Source: Chiloscyllium plagiosum (lineage: Eukaryota). Taken from it: DNA of 64,000 nt. The stretch spans positions 17,718,165-17,782,164 of the forward strand of contig NC_057719.1 in assembly GCF_004010195.1 (NCBI RefSeq). The letters run 5' to 3'. The notes below the pieces were generated by a model that saw only the letters and a program-made list of their open reading frames with translations, made no database searches and was not told the origin of the DNA. Numbering within the stretch: the first letter of the stretch is position 1; each line of letters begins with the position of its first letter. Below are positions 25,981 through 38,200 of this stretch, piece after piece. A program made the translations under genes and the position numbers.

Positions 25981-27399
25981 AGTGGCCCATCATTTCTGCG
26001 CTGGCTCCATGAACCAGGGGAGTGTCTGTAATCATCCTAGGCCCAGCCAATTTCCCACCAAAGTACAACACATTATTTCTTTAAAAATGAATAACCTTCC
26101 TCCAACAGTTATCAAATATCTCACTGAGTTGGGGGTACAGAAGCCATTGACTCGCTATAGTGACTCCTCTGCTTTGGCATCTGCTCCTCCAACACACACT
26201 CCATAAACTCAAAGAGCAGAAGAATGTTCTTGTCTCTGTACTTCTGCTCAATGTAACCGTACACAACAAAGAAAGCCTTGCACGGCAGAAACCTGAAGGC
26301 TGAGGACAAAGCACCAGTCGAACAAGCAGGCCGCATTAATCAGTAACAAACAGATAAAGGGTTTGCAAGGAACGCTTCTGCCCTTGGACTTGTGCGTTCA
26401 CCAAAGGCACCTCCCCACCCCCACTCTCCCCCACCCCTCCCCGTTCTCAATCAGTGCACAAACTGGCTCCTCCGTTTAGTGGAGGTAAATTGGCTCCCAG
26501 CCAAACTCAGAGCTAACTCTGTACAAAGGCAGAGAGAGAAATAAAAACTTCCTGCACAGGAAGCTGAGCGGCCACTGTTCTGATCTTTACAAGCTCATAA
26601 AACCCACCCCAAGACACCTTTAAAGAAAAAAAGACAAAGAGAAAAACAAAAAAAAAATGATCGACCTCTCTTCTACCTGACACCAGACATACCAAAGTAT
26701 TCTTTCCTTTTGACAAAAACACACAACGCTGGATTTAACCCACTGAGCACCAGTGCTGAGTGGCATGGTTTTGTTTTTCGAAAGATGGCTGCACACATTT
26801 AATTGGTCTGTAATGCTCTTTTTTGCTGCTGGAGGCCATTTGAAAACAGTGTTTAACTAAACTAGGCAGTGGCCTTTACTTTAATAAGTGTCGACAATGC
26901 CTGCAAAACTGGTTCAAAGTACAACAGTAACCTTTGTAAAATGGTGGCTCCGGTGACAAAGCAAGAAGATTTTTAAAAAGTCCTTTTGAAGATTCCAACT
27001 GTTGCACATCACAACTGAATCGTCGAAATATTTTAGAGAGCTTATCCAGGTGGGCTTTCATCCCCTCCCCTCAGCTCAGCTGACCGGGTGGCGGAGTTGT
27101 CATAGCAGCCTGAGTTGCTGAGTACTTTGTACATTTCCATTTTGCTTGCTCATTCAGTACATTCACTTGAGGTACACCACAGAGAAGGCACTTGCTGATT
27201 ATAGTTCCCACCCTCCAATAAAAAAGACTCATGGAGCACACTCAGGCAAACTGCAGCATCCTACGGCCAGGAACAGCTAGTCTAAAAATTGATGGTGTGC
27301 ATGGATCAAATAATTAACAATTAAACCACTGTTCATCTGCAGTTTTTCACTGTGGTGAACATATCAGGATCTTGAAAGCTCACAGCCAACCAAATGCCA

Positions 27400-27822
27400 C
27401 AGCTCAGTGGGTGATCCTTTCACATCTGAGCCAGACAGAGTTCAGGACCCACTCAGCAGAATCCAGGCTGACCCCTGCAATGCAGCACAGAAGGAGAGGT
27501 GCACTGCCAGAGGTTCTGCCATTCAGGTAGAGTACTGTCCTGCGGCTCCATCTTCCCTCTCAGGTGGACGTAAAAGATCCCTGGAGCTATTTCAAAGAAG
27601 ATCAAGGCTCTTCTCTCCAGTGACCTCGCAAACATTTATTCCTCAACCAACATCACTAAAAACAAAATCATCTGCTCACTATCACCTCCCTGTTTGCTAG
27701 GCGCTTACTATGCACAAATTAAGTGCAACTCTCTTAAATTTTACAAGTATTTAATTGGCTGAAAATCAACACAGGATGTCCCAAGGTTGTGAAAGATGCC
27801 ATGTAAATACAATCCTTTCTTT
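27400..27822 (+). mobile_element. Ancient Deu-domain-like SINE
   Basis: ctcaggtggacgtaaaagatccc...ctatttcaaagaaga...catttattcctcaacc...aagtatttaattggctg; related copies at about 51520-51820, 61740-62045, 24060-24380 and 34570-34980 (minus). Confidence 0.6.
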
Positions 27823-27833
27823 TCTCCAACCTA

Positions 27834-28122
27834 TGGCTCAGTGGTTAGCACTGCTGCCTCACAGCACCAGGGTCCAAGGTTCAATTCCAGCCTCGGGTGA
27901 CTGACTGTGTGGAGTTTGCACATTCTCCCCGTGTCTGCGTGGGTGTCCTCCCACAGTCCAAAGATGTGTAGGTCAGGTGAACTGGCCATGCTAAATTGCC
28001 AACAGTGTTAGGTACATTAGTGAGAGGGAAATAGGTCTGGGTGGGTTGCTCTTCGGTGTGGACTTGTTGGGCTGAAGGGCCTGTTTCCACACTGTAAGAA
28101 ATCTAATCTAATCTAATCTAAT
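27834..28122 (+). mobile_element. tRNA-derived SINE (HE1-like) with (TCTAA)n tail
   Basis: tggctcagtggttagcactgctgcctcacagc...ggttcaattcc...gggctgaagggcctgtttccacactgta...(atcta)n. Confidence 0.9.
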
Positions 28123-28367
28123 GGAATTTCTTGACCATTGCTGTTGCAGTCAGGAAGATTATCAGCCCTCTCTAAAACGTTGGTGATGGTTAAATAAAAA
28201 TCCGAAATTACCAAACAAGGTGACGTTTAATTTGGGTCAGTGCAGGGCTTCTGCGGAGAAAGCTCATTTCTGCATTTTTTTACAGAGATATAACCCGCCA
28301 ATCTAGTTCTGTGCTCGGTGGCCCAGGTTTTGAATGGCATGGCTGAAAATGTCAAACGACAAAGCTT

Positions 28368-28525
28368 AGAGAGGCAGCATCCAAGGAGCAGGAAAATCCA
28401 CGTTTCGGACAAAATTCCTGCGTCGATTTTCCTGCACCTCGGATTCTGCCTGACCTGCTGTGATTTTCCAGCACCACTCTAATCTGGACTCTGATCTCCA
28501 GCATCTGCAGACCTCATTTTCACCA
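28368..28525. mobile_element. Palindromic Penelope-derived mini-element, hammerhead core deleted; 14-bp TSD
   Basis: TSD aaacgacaaagctt (28354-28367) / aaatgacaaagctt (28526-28539); centre attcctg|cgtcgatttt. Confidence 0.8.
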
Positions 28526-29714
28526 AAATGACAAAGCTTGACTGGTAAAAGAAGAAGGTGTTTCCATTTGTGTTTGCACCCTATGAAATAGAGACACTAC
28601 TTATTACCATTCCTGAGGCAGTTCATGAATTTTCAACATAGCCCTAGCCACATTCATGAGGGCAGTCACATGATAAAAGCATAAGGTGCAAGTCTGGGAC
28701 ATTTAAAACTCAACAGAAATGTTGAATTTACTCCAATTCTTCTGAACAAGGACAGTCTGTCGAACATGGCAAATTTGACAAGTTACAAAAAGCTTCTGGT
28801 GTTACGTCTGGGGAAGAAGTGGCAATATTAATTACAACTGTCCATGACAAATAAGAATAAGAGGGTGAGATGAGAAGACAGCACCACCGGCCATGTGACA
28901 GCAGACAGGCAAGAAGGAAAGGGTTATTAGGACAACCAGACAGAGAGACAGAGAGGGAGAAAAACAAACAAACAAATATGTGTTCTAGCAGCAGCTAGCA
29001 GGTGTTAAAGACCATGGGGTTTGTAAAGGAAGGAAGGAAGGAAATAACTTTCCATATTAAAGATTAAACAGTTCCTGGCTGAGATGTGACAATGCACAAT
29101 CAGAAATAGAAGGAGAAAAATCTACAGGGTACAGGACATCACATGTTCAACACTGCTACCCTCTTCAAAAAAATTCAAGTCTGTTTAAGGAATGTGGTAT
29201 GAAGTGCTCTTTTGTATCACATCTTAAAAGCATCTCCTGATGAGACTTCAGTCTCAAAAGACTATATATTACAGGTAACACTCTCAACGGTAATAAAGAC
29301 TAAAGTCTTCTTGCTCATGATGTAATGGAGAGACAATGGTTCCAGACTAACACCAATTACTGCAGCGTATGGTCAGTAGCACCTTCTTTCATGGTATAAA
29401 CCCTCAACACTTGACTAATCTTGCCAACTTGCTTCTGTGATTCTTCAGCACATCATTCGGCCCACTGCCCCCTGATCTTGCTCATGTGCTCTTTTCTGCC
29501 ATGCCTGCAAATTTTCCTTCCTTCATCAACAAGAAGTCAACACTACACCAACTGGGGCCTAAAGATTTTACATAACTTCCCTTCCTTCATCACGGGATAC
29601 TCTAATTGGTCCTTTCTGAAAGACTTTGCTGAATCCACCATTACTGTTCCCAGGCTGGTCAGCCAGAGGCCCAGGTAAGGGTATGATGGTGAACATTCCC
29701 TTATTTTTCCCTTC

Positions 29715-31087
29715 CCCAGGAATAATCCTGGGAGTTACAGACCAGTCAGTCTTACATCTGTGGCTGGCACATTATTGGAGAGGATTCTGAGAGACATGAT
29801 GTATGATTACTTGGAAAACCATAGCTGAGTAGAGATAGTCAGCATGGCTTTGTGATGGGACAGGTCACGCCTCACAAGTCTTATTGAATTCTTTGAGGAT
29901 ATGCCAAAACATATTGTAAAGCAGTGGATGTGGTGTGCATGGATCTTAGCAAGGCGTTTGATAAGGTTCCCCATGGTAAGCTCATTCAGAAAGTAAGGAG
30001 GTATGGGTTACAGGGAAATCTGGCTGGCTGGATACAGAACCATAGAAGACAGAGGGTGGTAGTGGATGGAAAGTATTCAACCTAGAGCCTGGTGACCAGT
30101 GGTGTTCCACTGAGATGTTCTGGGACCTCTGGTCTTTGTGATTTTTATAAATGACTTGGATGAAGAAGTGGAAAGGTGGGTTAGTAAGTTTGCTGATGAC
30201 ACAAAAGTTGGTGGAGTGGTGGATAGTGTGGAGGGCTGTTGTAGGTTGCAACGAGACATTGAAAGGATGCAGAGTTGGGCTGATAAGTGGCAGATGGATT
30301 TCAACCTGGAAAAGTGTGAAGTGATTCACTTTGGAAGACTGAATTTGATTGCAGATTGCAGAGTTAAAGGCAGGATTCTTGGCAGTGTTGAGGAACAGAG
30401 GGATCTTGGGGTCCATGTCCATAGATTCCTCAAAGTTGCCAAACAATTTGGTCGAGTTGTTAAGAAGGCATATGGTGTGTTGGCTTTCATTAGCAGGGGG
30501 ACTGAGTTTAAGAATCACAAGATTTTGCTGCAGCTCTATACAGTCCTGGTTAGACAACACTTGGAATCTTGTGTTCAGTTCTGCTCGCCTCATTTGAGGA
30601 AAGATGTGGAAGCTTTAGAGAGGGTGTAGAGGAGATTTACCAGGATGCTGCCTGGACTGGAGGGCATTTCTTATGCATAAAGATTGAGGGAGCTAGGGCT
30701 TTTTCTCACTGGAGCAAAGAAGGATGAGAGCTGTCTTGATAGAGGTGTACAGGATTATGAGAGGCATAGATAGAGTGAATAGTCAAAGACTTTTTCCCAG
30801 GACAGAAACGGCTATCACAAAGGGGCCTAATTTTATGATGATTCAAGGAAGGTTTAGGGGAGATGTCAGAGGGTGGTTCTTTACACAGAGTGGTGGGTGC
30901 ATGGAATGGTCTGCCAGCGGTGATAGTTGAGTAGGAGAGTAGTACATTAGGGACATTTAAGCGACTCTTGGATAGGCACATGGATGATAGTAAAATGAAG
31001 AGAATGTAGGTTAGTTTGATCTTAAAGTAGGATAAAAGGCCGGCACAACATCAAGGCCAAAGGGCCTGTACTGTTCTATGTTCTATG
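29715..31087 (+). mobile_element. CR1 LINE, RT to 3' tail
   Basis: PGSYRPVSLTSV...QHGF...DLSKAFDKVPHG; FINDLDEEV...SKFADDTKVGG; tail ctgttctatgttctatg. Confidence 0.93.
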
Positions 31088-31681
31088 ATGTAGAAACTCT
31101 GCCAACACAGTGCAGACCATCACAAGGGATAAGAACATCAGCAACTTCTTGATTAGTGTGGACACAGTTTGCAATTCACTCAGCAACACAGACCAATAAT
31201 GTCCCAGCCTTGTCTATGCCTAGTTAGCAAAGTGGCAGCCTGCCACTGTATATGGTCCCTGCGTCCCCGAGCTAGGAAGCGAGAGAAAAGAAAGCTGACC
31301 AGAGATTGCTCACTTGAGTGACATTCATAAACACAGAGAGAAATGCACCAGTCAGGCATGACCACAACTGCTTGGATTAAGAAGCTTCACCTTTCAACCC
31401 AGCCCACATCCCTCACATTTTAGGAACTTTCAGACAGTGCTCTTGACAATGAGCCAACCCAACACTCAATAAACCCCACTCCCTGGCCTACTTAGAACTA
31501 TGCATTGTTCACCCAGCAGTATATGCAATTACAGCTAAAGCAATGTCAAAGAACAGCAGGCAATATTTATCTCTTTACCAACATCCCTAAAAAAAGCGAT
31601 CCTTTATTTCACTGTCGTTTTGTGGACACATGCTGTATGCAAAGTGGCTGTCACATTCCCTACATTACTACAGTAGTGACT

Positions 31682-31819
31682 AGGAAATAGTGAGGACTGC
31701 AGATGCTGGAGAGTCAGAATAGATAGACTGCGGTACTAGAAAAAGCACAGCTGATCAGGCAGCATCTGAGCAGCAGGGGAGTCGCCATTTCAGGCAGGAC
31801 TCTTTCTCAGGACCCTTTC
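31682..31819 (-). mobile_element. Single-arm Penelope-derived mini-element; 13-14 bp TSD
   Basis: aggaaatagtgaggactgcagatgctggag...; TSD tacagtagtgact (31669-31681) / tacactagtgact (31821-31833). Inserted in a Deu-SINE-like remnant. Confidence 0.75.
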
Positions 31820-32732
31820 TTACACTAGTGACTGCAATACAAGAAGAAAGGTGCTGCACCAACTCAAACCTGCTTATTTTGCTAACAAAAAACACACAAG
31901 GGTCCGGTGAATCGCTCCCATTCCAAGTGGCAAACAGCGGAGTTGCATTGCCACTGTGCGTTCAGTACTTGCATTGATTCTCTGCTGGCCGAGTTTTGCA
32001 ACTGAATTGGCGCCTCACAGCTTACGGTGTGTGTGTGTGTGTGTGTTTTTATTTAAAAACAAAAAAAAAGATACTGAAAACCTAACTGTGAAAGACTTTG
32101 AATCAGTGCCAGGCATGGACGCAGACTGTTGCCAGTTGGACAATAGCAGGCAGCAAGGGGGCAGGGAGAGGTTTTTTTCTCTTTAAAATCATTGCCACAG
32201 GAAGTTAAAATGTTGCCAGGGAATGGAAGCAACACCAACAACCTGTGTCATTAAAACAAAGGCACCCATCATTGCTGTCTACCAGGTTCTGAAGGAACAA
32301 ACACCGTTGAACAAAAGCTAGCCTTAATAAGTAAGTAAACACTGAAGCTCATCCGGTGTAGTCTTCGTATTTACTACAGCCTGCCTTCAAATCAGAAAAG
32401 AAAAAGCTACAGCCCCTTCATAACCATACAAGTAGAATGAGCTCCACATTCCACTTTCATATATTTAGGCTCAAAGGTTGGAGCTGATTCCCCCCCATAA
32501 ATATCTGTTTTAAGTCAAAAGGTGGCTCAAGATGGGCAGGTCCACAAACCTGGGGCACGCCTCACAGGGCATCAACGCCACCTCAAGGCAACTGAACTCC
32601 TCTCTTCCAGCTCTCCAGTTACCCCGCAATCACAGGGTTATCTGACAAACCTCGTGACCTCTGTGCACAGGTCAGCCAGGCTACAACTGCGTGACAAAGC
32701 ACACGTTGTGGGATATCACAATCCAAGAACGA

Positions 32733-32815
32733 GGTGCTGGAAAAGCACAGCAGGTCAGGCAGCATCTGAGGTGCAGGAGACTCAACATTTTGAGCATAAG
32801 CCCTTCATCAGGAAT
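32733..32815 (-). mobile_element. Single-arm Penelope pLTR fragment with CTGATGA core
   Basis: Reverse complement attc-CTGATGA-agggcttatgctc-aaaa-tgtt-gagt-ctcctgcacctcagatgctgcctgacctgctgtgcttttccagcacc. Confidence 0.75.
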
Positions 32816-33799
32816 AAGGCTCTGGTGACATCCCATTCAACTGTATTAAACATGTCTCCCAATTTGTTATTCAATTACTGCTCTCTCCTCTCCCCCTCTC
32901 TCCTCCCCCCCTGTTCATACCTGTTAATTTGACCCATAAACCCTTTGTGAGAAATCTGCTTCTTGGATGTGGAATGCATGCATAAACCATTTCAGCCCTG
33001 TGACATTCAACATGAAACCAAGTCTTCAGTATTCCCATCAGAAAGACAGGGATGCCATGGATGAAAGCAAGGAGCAAGGAAGCAAAAGTAAACACAAATC
33101 CCAAACGTAACAGGATCAGGCTTCTTGCGGGTAACCCTTTACCAATTTAGCAGGCATGGTAAAACACACAGACAAAACTGTAACTGTATGTCAAATCAAG
33201 AAAGATCTGAACCCCTCCCTGCAATCAGATTCTTGTCAGGATTCGATTTTTTTCATTCTTTCACAGGAGGTGGTTACCTTTGGCAAAGCCAGCACTTATT
33301 GCCCATCCCTAACTGTCCTTGAACTGAGGGCAGTCTGGAGTGAGTCACATTGCAGGAGGAGAGTGGCGGGGATTCTACAGTCAGGTGCAGGCCAACTCAG
33401 GGAATCACGGCAGGGTTCCTCCCCTGAAAGGAAGCCATTATTGAACCAGCTGGCCTCTTATCAATGAGGCCATCAGAGTCAACCTTATGGACACTAGCTC
33501 TTACATTCCAAATTTATTAGTCAATTTGAAAATCTAGCAGATGCCTTGGGAGTAATTTGACCGCATGCCCACACAGCACCAGCCCAGTCCTAGAGATAGC
33601 ATTGGGAACATTATCGTTGTGCCAGCACTTCCCCACCAATTGATAACTACCACTAGCAAGGAGCCACATTGTGCTGTGCAGACAGAGAGAGTGAGAGTGA
33701 TATAGATAAAAAACAATCCTCACCCTGATGGACATACAAGTACAACAACATAGTTGTTAACCATCAGGAGCAGGACAGCTGCGGCTTATACTTTCCACT

Positions 33800-33943
33800 A
33801 ATCACGGAGGTCACCATGTAGGACTCTCCTTCCCAACCTCTCCTCCCACCCCTCATTTAAGGCATGTTGACCCTCATGTTAAACCACCTCCAGTCATCTC
33901 TCATGTGAGGGCAGCCCCATGCTCCTCTGGGACTGTGGTGAAT
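33800..33943. mobile_element. 144-bp insertion with perfect 14-bp direct flanks (unassigned retroposon 3' end)
   Basis: ttatactttccact at 33786-33799 and 33944-33957. Confidence 0.55.
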
Positions 33944-35133
33944 TTATACTTTCCACTCTCTCCTGCCACTAATGATCGAACCCATATTGTTGGGGGACTA
34001 TCAATAGGATGTGATCAAACCCATCATCCATTAATCCAAGACCCGTTATGTAAATTGCTTTAGACTTAGACAAATGTGTGTCAACACTTTTTGGCAGAGT
34101 TGGGGGAGGAAAGAATGGAAACTGATTTTATTTTTAAATATCTGATCTTAACCGGAAACAAACCATGGACAAGTCTGGCACAGTTTCTGTTAATTTTGGG
34201 AACTGGAGCTTCCTAGTAAACAGATGTTAATGCTAGAAGTCAAGCAATCAGAACTGCAGCAATCCACTTGCCTTGCTTCAGGGTTAAGTTAAAAGGTGAT
34301 GTTTGAAACAGTTTATCCCACACTGACTGACACTACCTTACATTCAATGGAAATAGAAACCAATACAATAAATACCAAGAGGTTTCAGAACGTGTCTGCT
34401 TCCTTCTGTCCAGAGTGTCTACATCACTGGATCCAATTAAAATTTGGAGGTGGGAAGGAATAAAAGAATAAAGGTTCAACGGGAAAACCAGAGGCTAATA
34501 GTTACCCTTTAGTTTAAAACAGTGCAGTCAATAGCAAGCTCTGAGGCACTGAGACAGCACAATCCAGATTAGGAAAATTCATTTATATAGCACCGTGTAT
34601 GTGTACAAGCTGCACCAAAGAGTTTCACAGCCAATCAATCAACCACTTTTAAAAGGGTAGCCAGTGTTACTACAAACGTATACACAGCATAAAGTTACAC
34701 ACAGCTTGGTCCCACAGACAGATCTGAGACAAACTAGTGGATAATTAAGTATCAGCTAAGGAATAAATACTAGCCAGCATGCCAGGAGAATGCCCTTGTT
34801 CTTCTTGCACTGTAGTAAGGGACATTTTATACCCACCCAAGCAGAATCTCATTTTGCCAGCTCGAGAGAAAGATGGCACACAGTTTCTTTGTGCTGAAGG
34901 CCATTTTTAAATAATGTGCTCAAGTTTTTGGAATGGGATTCGAAGTCATCTGACTCACCAGTAAGAGTGAGGCCTGCTGAACCGAGCTGCCTTCTGCCAG
35001 CACTTGCAGAGGCAACAGTGATCCCCACCCCTCAGTCTGAAACACTGTCTCACAGGTTAGAGCTGCCACCTTTGGACCACGCACCCGTCCACACAAACAC
35101 TCGCCAGCTTTGGACTTCTCTTATCCCTCTTAC

Positions 35134-35226
35134 CGCTGAACCTCCCCCAAACTCTAAATAATGAGCAGATCCCTACTGCCCTTTCGACTACAGCGGGAAC
35201 AGCAATGCTGCAAACATGGATCATCC
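35134..35226 (-). CDS. Candidate 93-nt in-frame cassette exon of BCL11B
   Basis: Long pyrimidine tract tttctccgttttctgcattctgtctgtttcctttaag|GG, donor GCG|gtaaga, phase 1-1, open frame (G)MIHVCSIAVPAVVERAVGICSLFRVWGRFS(G). No homology recognised. Confidence 0.35.
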
Positions 35227-38200
35227 CTTAAAGGAAACAGACAGAATGCAGAAAACGGAGAAATATGCTGACTACGCTATAAACTAGCAACCAAAACAAA
35301 GGGGCAAAACAAGAATGCAGCCAGAGCTCAAGGGTAAACCATAAGGAAAATAGATTAACAATGCGCTCTCTGACACACAACTGAAATACAAAGGGGGGGC
35401 AAATCCAATCCCCAGCATCAGGCAGCTGTAGAAAGCTTTACAATGTTTCTCCTTGCCCAGTCTGAGATAACACTTTCTCATTCACCTCAGGTGGCTCATT
35501 GTGAACATGATAGGAGGTTTGAATCAGCAGACATTACACTGGACTAGAAGAGTTGGCTTTTGGGAGGTGGAGGAGACTAAATTTTCATCAGAGGGCAACA
35601 ACCTCAAAAGTGCTATTTGTTACATTCGACGGTCTCATGTTTGAGCACAGAAGCAACTTCCACTCAACTGCCCACTCTCTCCACTCCCAGAGTTCCCACT
35701 CACCCTCAGACATCTTATTGCAAACTGGAGGGAAGGGTTTTCTTCCCCGTTCACACTGTTGGCAATACATTGGGAAGTTGCTGAGCAATAGCAACATGAA
35801 GGGGCATAAAAATTTGCATTGTCTGGTGCAATACAGAATGGGGGTGGGGGGGACGAGATTTATAATATTTGGCATGAGTACCTGGGATGCGGAAGTAAAT
35901 AGTCAGGATCCACTTCAGTACCCACCATCCAGTGATCCTCTGAGAGACCCAGCACCCTCCCACCCCCACCACTGCAAAGTGCATGTCTGGCGTGATAATC
36001 AAGTCGGAGCAGTTCTTCGGCCTCACAATGCCTTGCACAGTTGACACGCCCTACCAGTGCTGACATGTCAAGATTCATGCATGCAGAAAGCCATGTCAGC
36101 GAAGTAGAAGATTGGTGGAACCTTTCCACAGGGAATAGTCACTGAGTTTGCAAAAGGGAGGTAGCTGGAGGGGAAGGCAGTTCATTTCTGAAGAGAAAAG
36201 AAAGCCACGCAGTGGGATGGGGGAAATTGAGTAATACTGTCTGCCGTTTCTCCTATTGTGTTTCAAAAGTCACATGAACGGAGCTCAAAAGAAAACGCTG
36301 TCCAATCCACCAAGTACCAGCAAACTCCATCATTAAGCGTTTCTCAAGGCAAACATTTTACAATGTTTCATGTGGCTGTTCACCCATCCATTCTCTCCAC
36401 TCTCTCCTGATGCTGAAGTAAGCTGACGAAAAGCTCACTTTGGCAATGACTACCTCTGTGAAAGGGAGAGAAATAAAGAAACGGGGGACATAAAACCAAG
36501 GAGGGAGACAGAGAGAAAAAGAGTTAGAAAGAGACAGAATAAGGAGGGAGGGAAAAGATAGAGCGGGAAAAAAAAAAGAGAAATGCTTAATCAGCAGAAA
36601 ATGGAGATAGAGAAATGCACAGCAATACAGACAAACAGAGACAGAGACATCAACAGGCACAAACACAGAAAAAAGAAAACCAAAGCCTGGCACAGAGATA
36701 CAGACACAGACACAGACAGAGAAACATGCAGAGTCAGGGAAAATGAGACAGACAGCTAGAAAGACAGAACATTTTTTTTCTTTCCCATGTCCCCTTCAAA
36801 ACAAAGTCTCCCATTTCACCATTTTTTTGTCTCAGCATGTATATAGCAGGGCCATGATGTATAAATAAACTTTTATATTGGGAATTCTGGAATTCAAGCG
36901 AAGCTTACTCAACTGGCTACGTTCCACTACACTGGCTGGTGGGACTAAGCTGCAGAGCCATAATACAACCAAGGGGTTCCGGATATCAGCAGTAACTGTG
37001 GAAGCAGAGCTCTGGCTGTTAAGACACATCTGGGGCTCAACTTGGCCAAGTTTTATATTCAGTTCTGAAATGTAAATTGCAAAGATAAATGGCATAAATC
37101 AGATGTTTCTGGTATGTGCCAGGTAAAGACTCCAAAGTAAGCACAGTTTACAAATTGTAAGATTGCATGAAAGACTCGATTTGTGAGCATGCGCGCATGC
37201 TATACGTGTGTACTGGGAGCATGTTTCTGAATGCATGTGGGAGACAGAGCATCCATATGTTAGCATGCTTCAGAATATGCCTTTACACAGGGGTGCGCAC
37301 GTGTGTAACGGTATGTAGCTGCAAGAGTTTGTAAATGAGTGCATATGTGTGAGTGAGAAAAAGCACATCCAAGCACATGTGTGCGGAATGTCCATGTACA
37401 TAGATTTGGGTGTAAGCATGCAGGAGCATAAAGATGTGAGCGCGTATGTACGACAATAAATATAAGTGTGTGTATGAGAGAGAGAGAGAGAGAGACAGAG
37501 ACAAAGGGGGAGAGAGAGAGAGAGAGAATACATTTGTACACGTGCCCGTGCATAGATACTTGCAGGAAACAGCACACCCAGGAACAGAGATCTCTAGAGC
37601 CCACAGTTTTATTCTGTTTGTTAAAGTACAATCCTAGTGCAGTGTAGGAAGGCCCATCAGTGAGTGAGGTGTAAGGAAGCACAACGTAAACACTGCAAGT
37701 CAAATCAAATTATAAAAGAGTGTATCACACGGCAGGTGCTGGCACATTTCCACAGATATATTTCCAAAGTTCTGTAGAAATATTTTTCCCAGCCTTACTG
37801 TAAACAAATAAGACGCAAAGAAATGCTGAGCGCCAAATGGTACCTGACATTCAATTCCAGACCGTATTTTAAAACAGACAAGATGACTTTCCTTCGGCAA
37901 AGTGCACCTTTGCAGTATTGACAACTCTCATCTCCACCTGAATTTCTACCTGCTAAGCAGCTCACAGTTTACAAAGGGAGATACCTAGATATTAGGATGC
38001 AATCCAATATGTGATAATCAAAAAGTTCTTCAGTTTCTCTCCCAGGGGCAATAATCCAAGGCAATGACAAATTGTGGGAACCAATTCAAGAAAGATTTCT
38101 TTTGTTTTGGGGTGGAGTTGGTGAGGAAGGAATGACAGAAATAACAGCAGCACGACAATAATTAGAGCACTATAGCACTTCATCATGTGGAACTCAGTCA

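Noticed and set aside
24673..28122. tRNA genes
   Set aside because: A/B boxes belong to SINE heads that continue into SINE body and CR1-like tails.
36358..36480. Strong acceptor ctccctttcacag|AG as an alternative exon
   Set aside because: The pyrimidine tract derives from a GA-rich low-complexity region; the best donor (AAA|GTGAGC) gives a 17-nt frameshift and the in-frame donor (GTGAAC) is weak.
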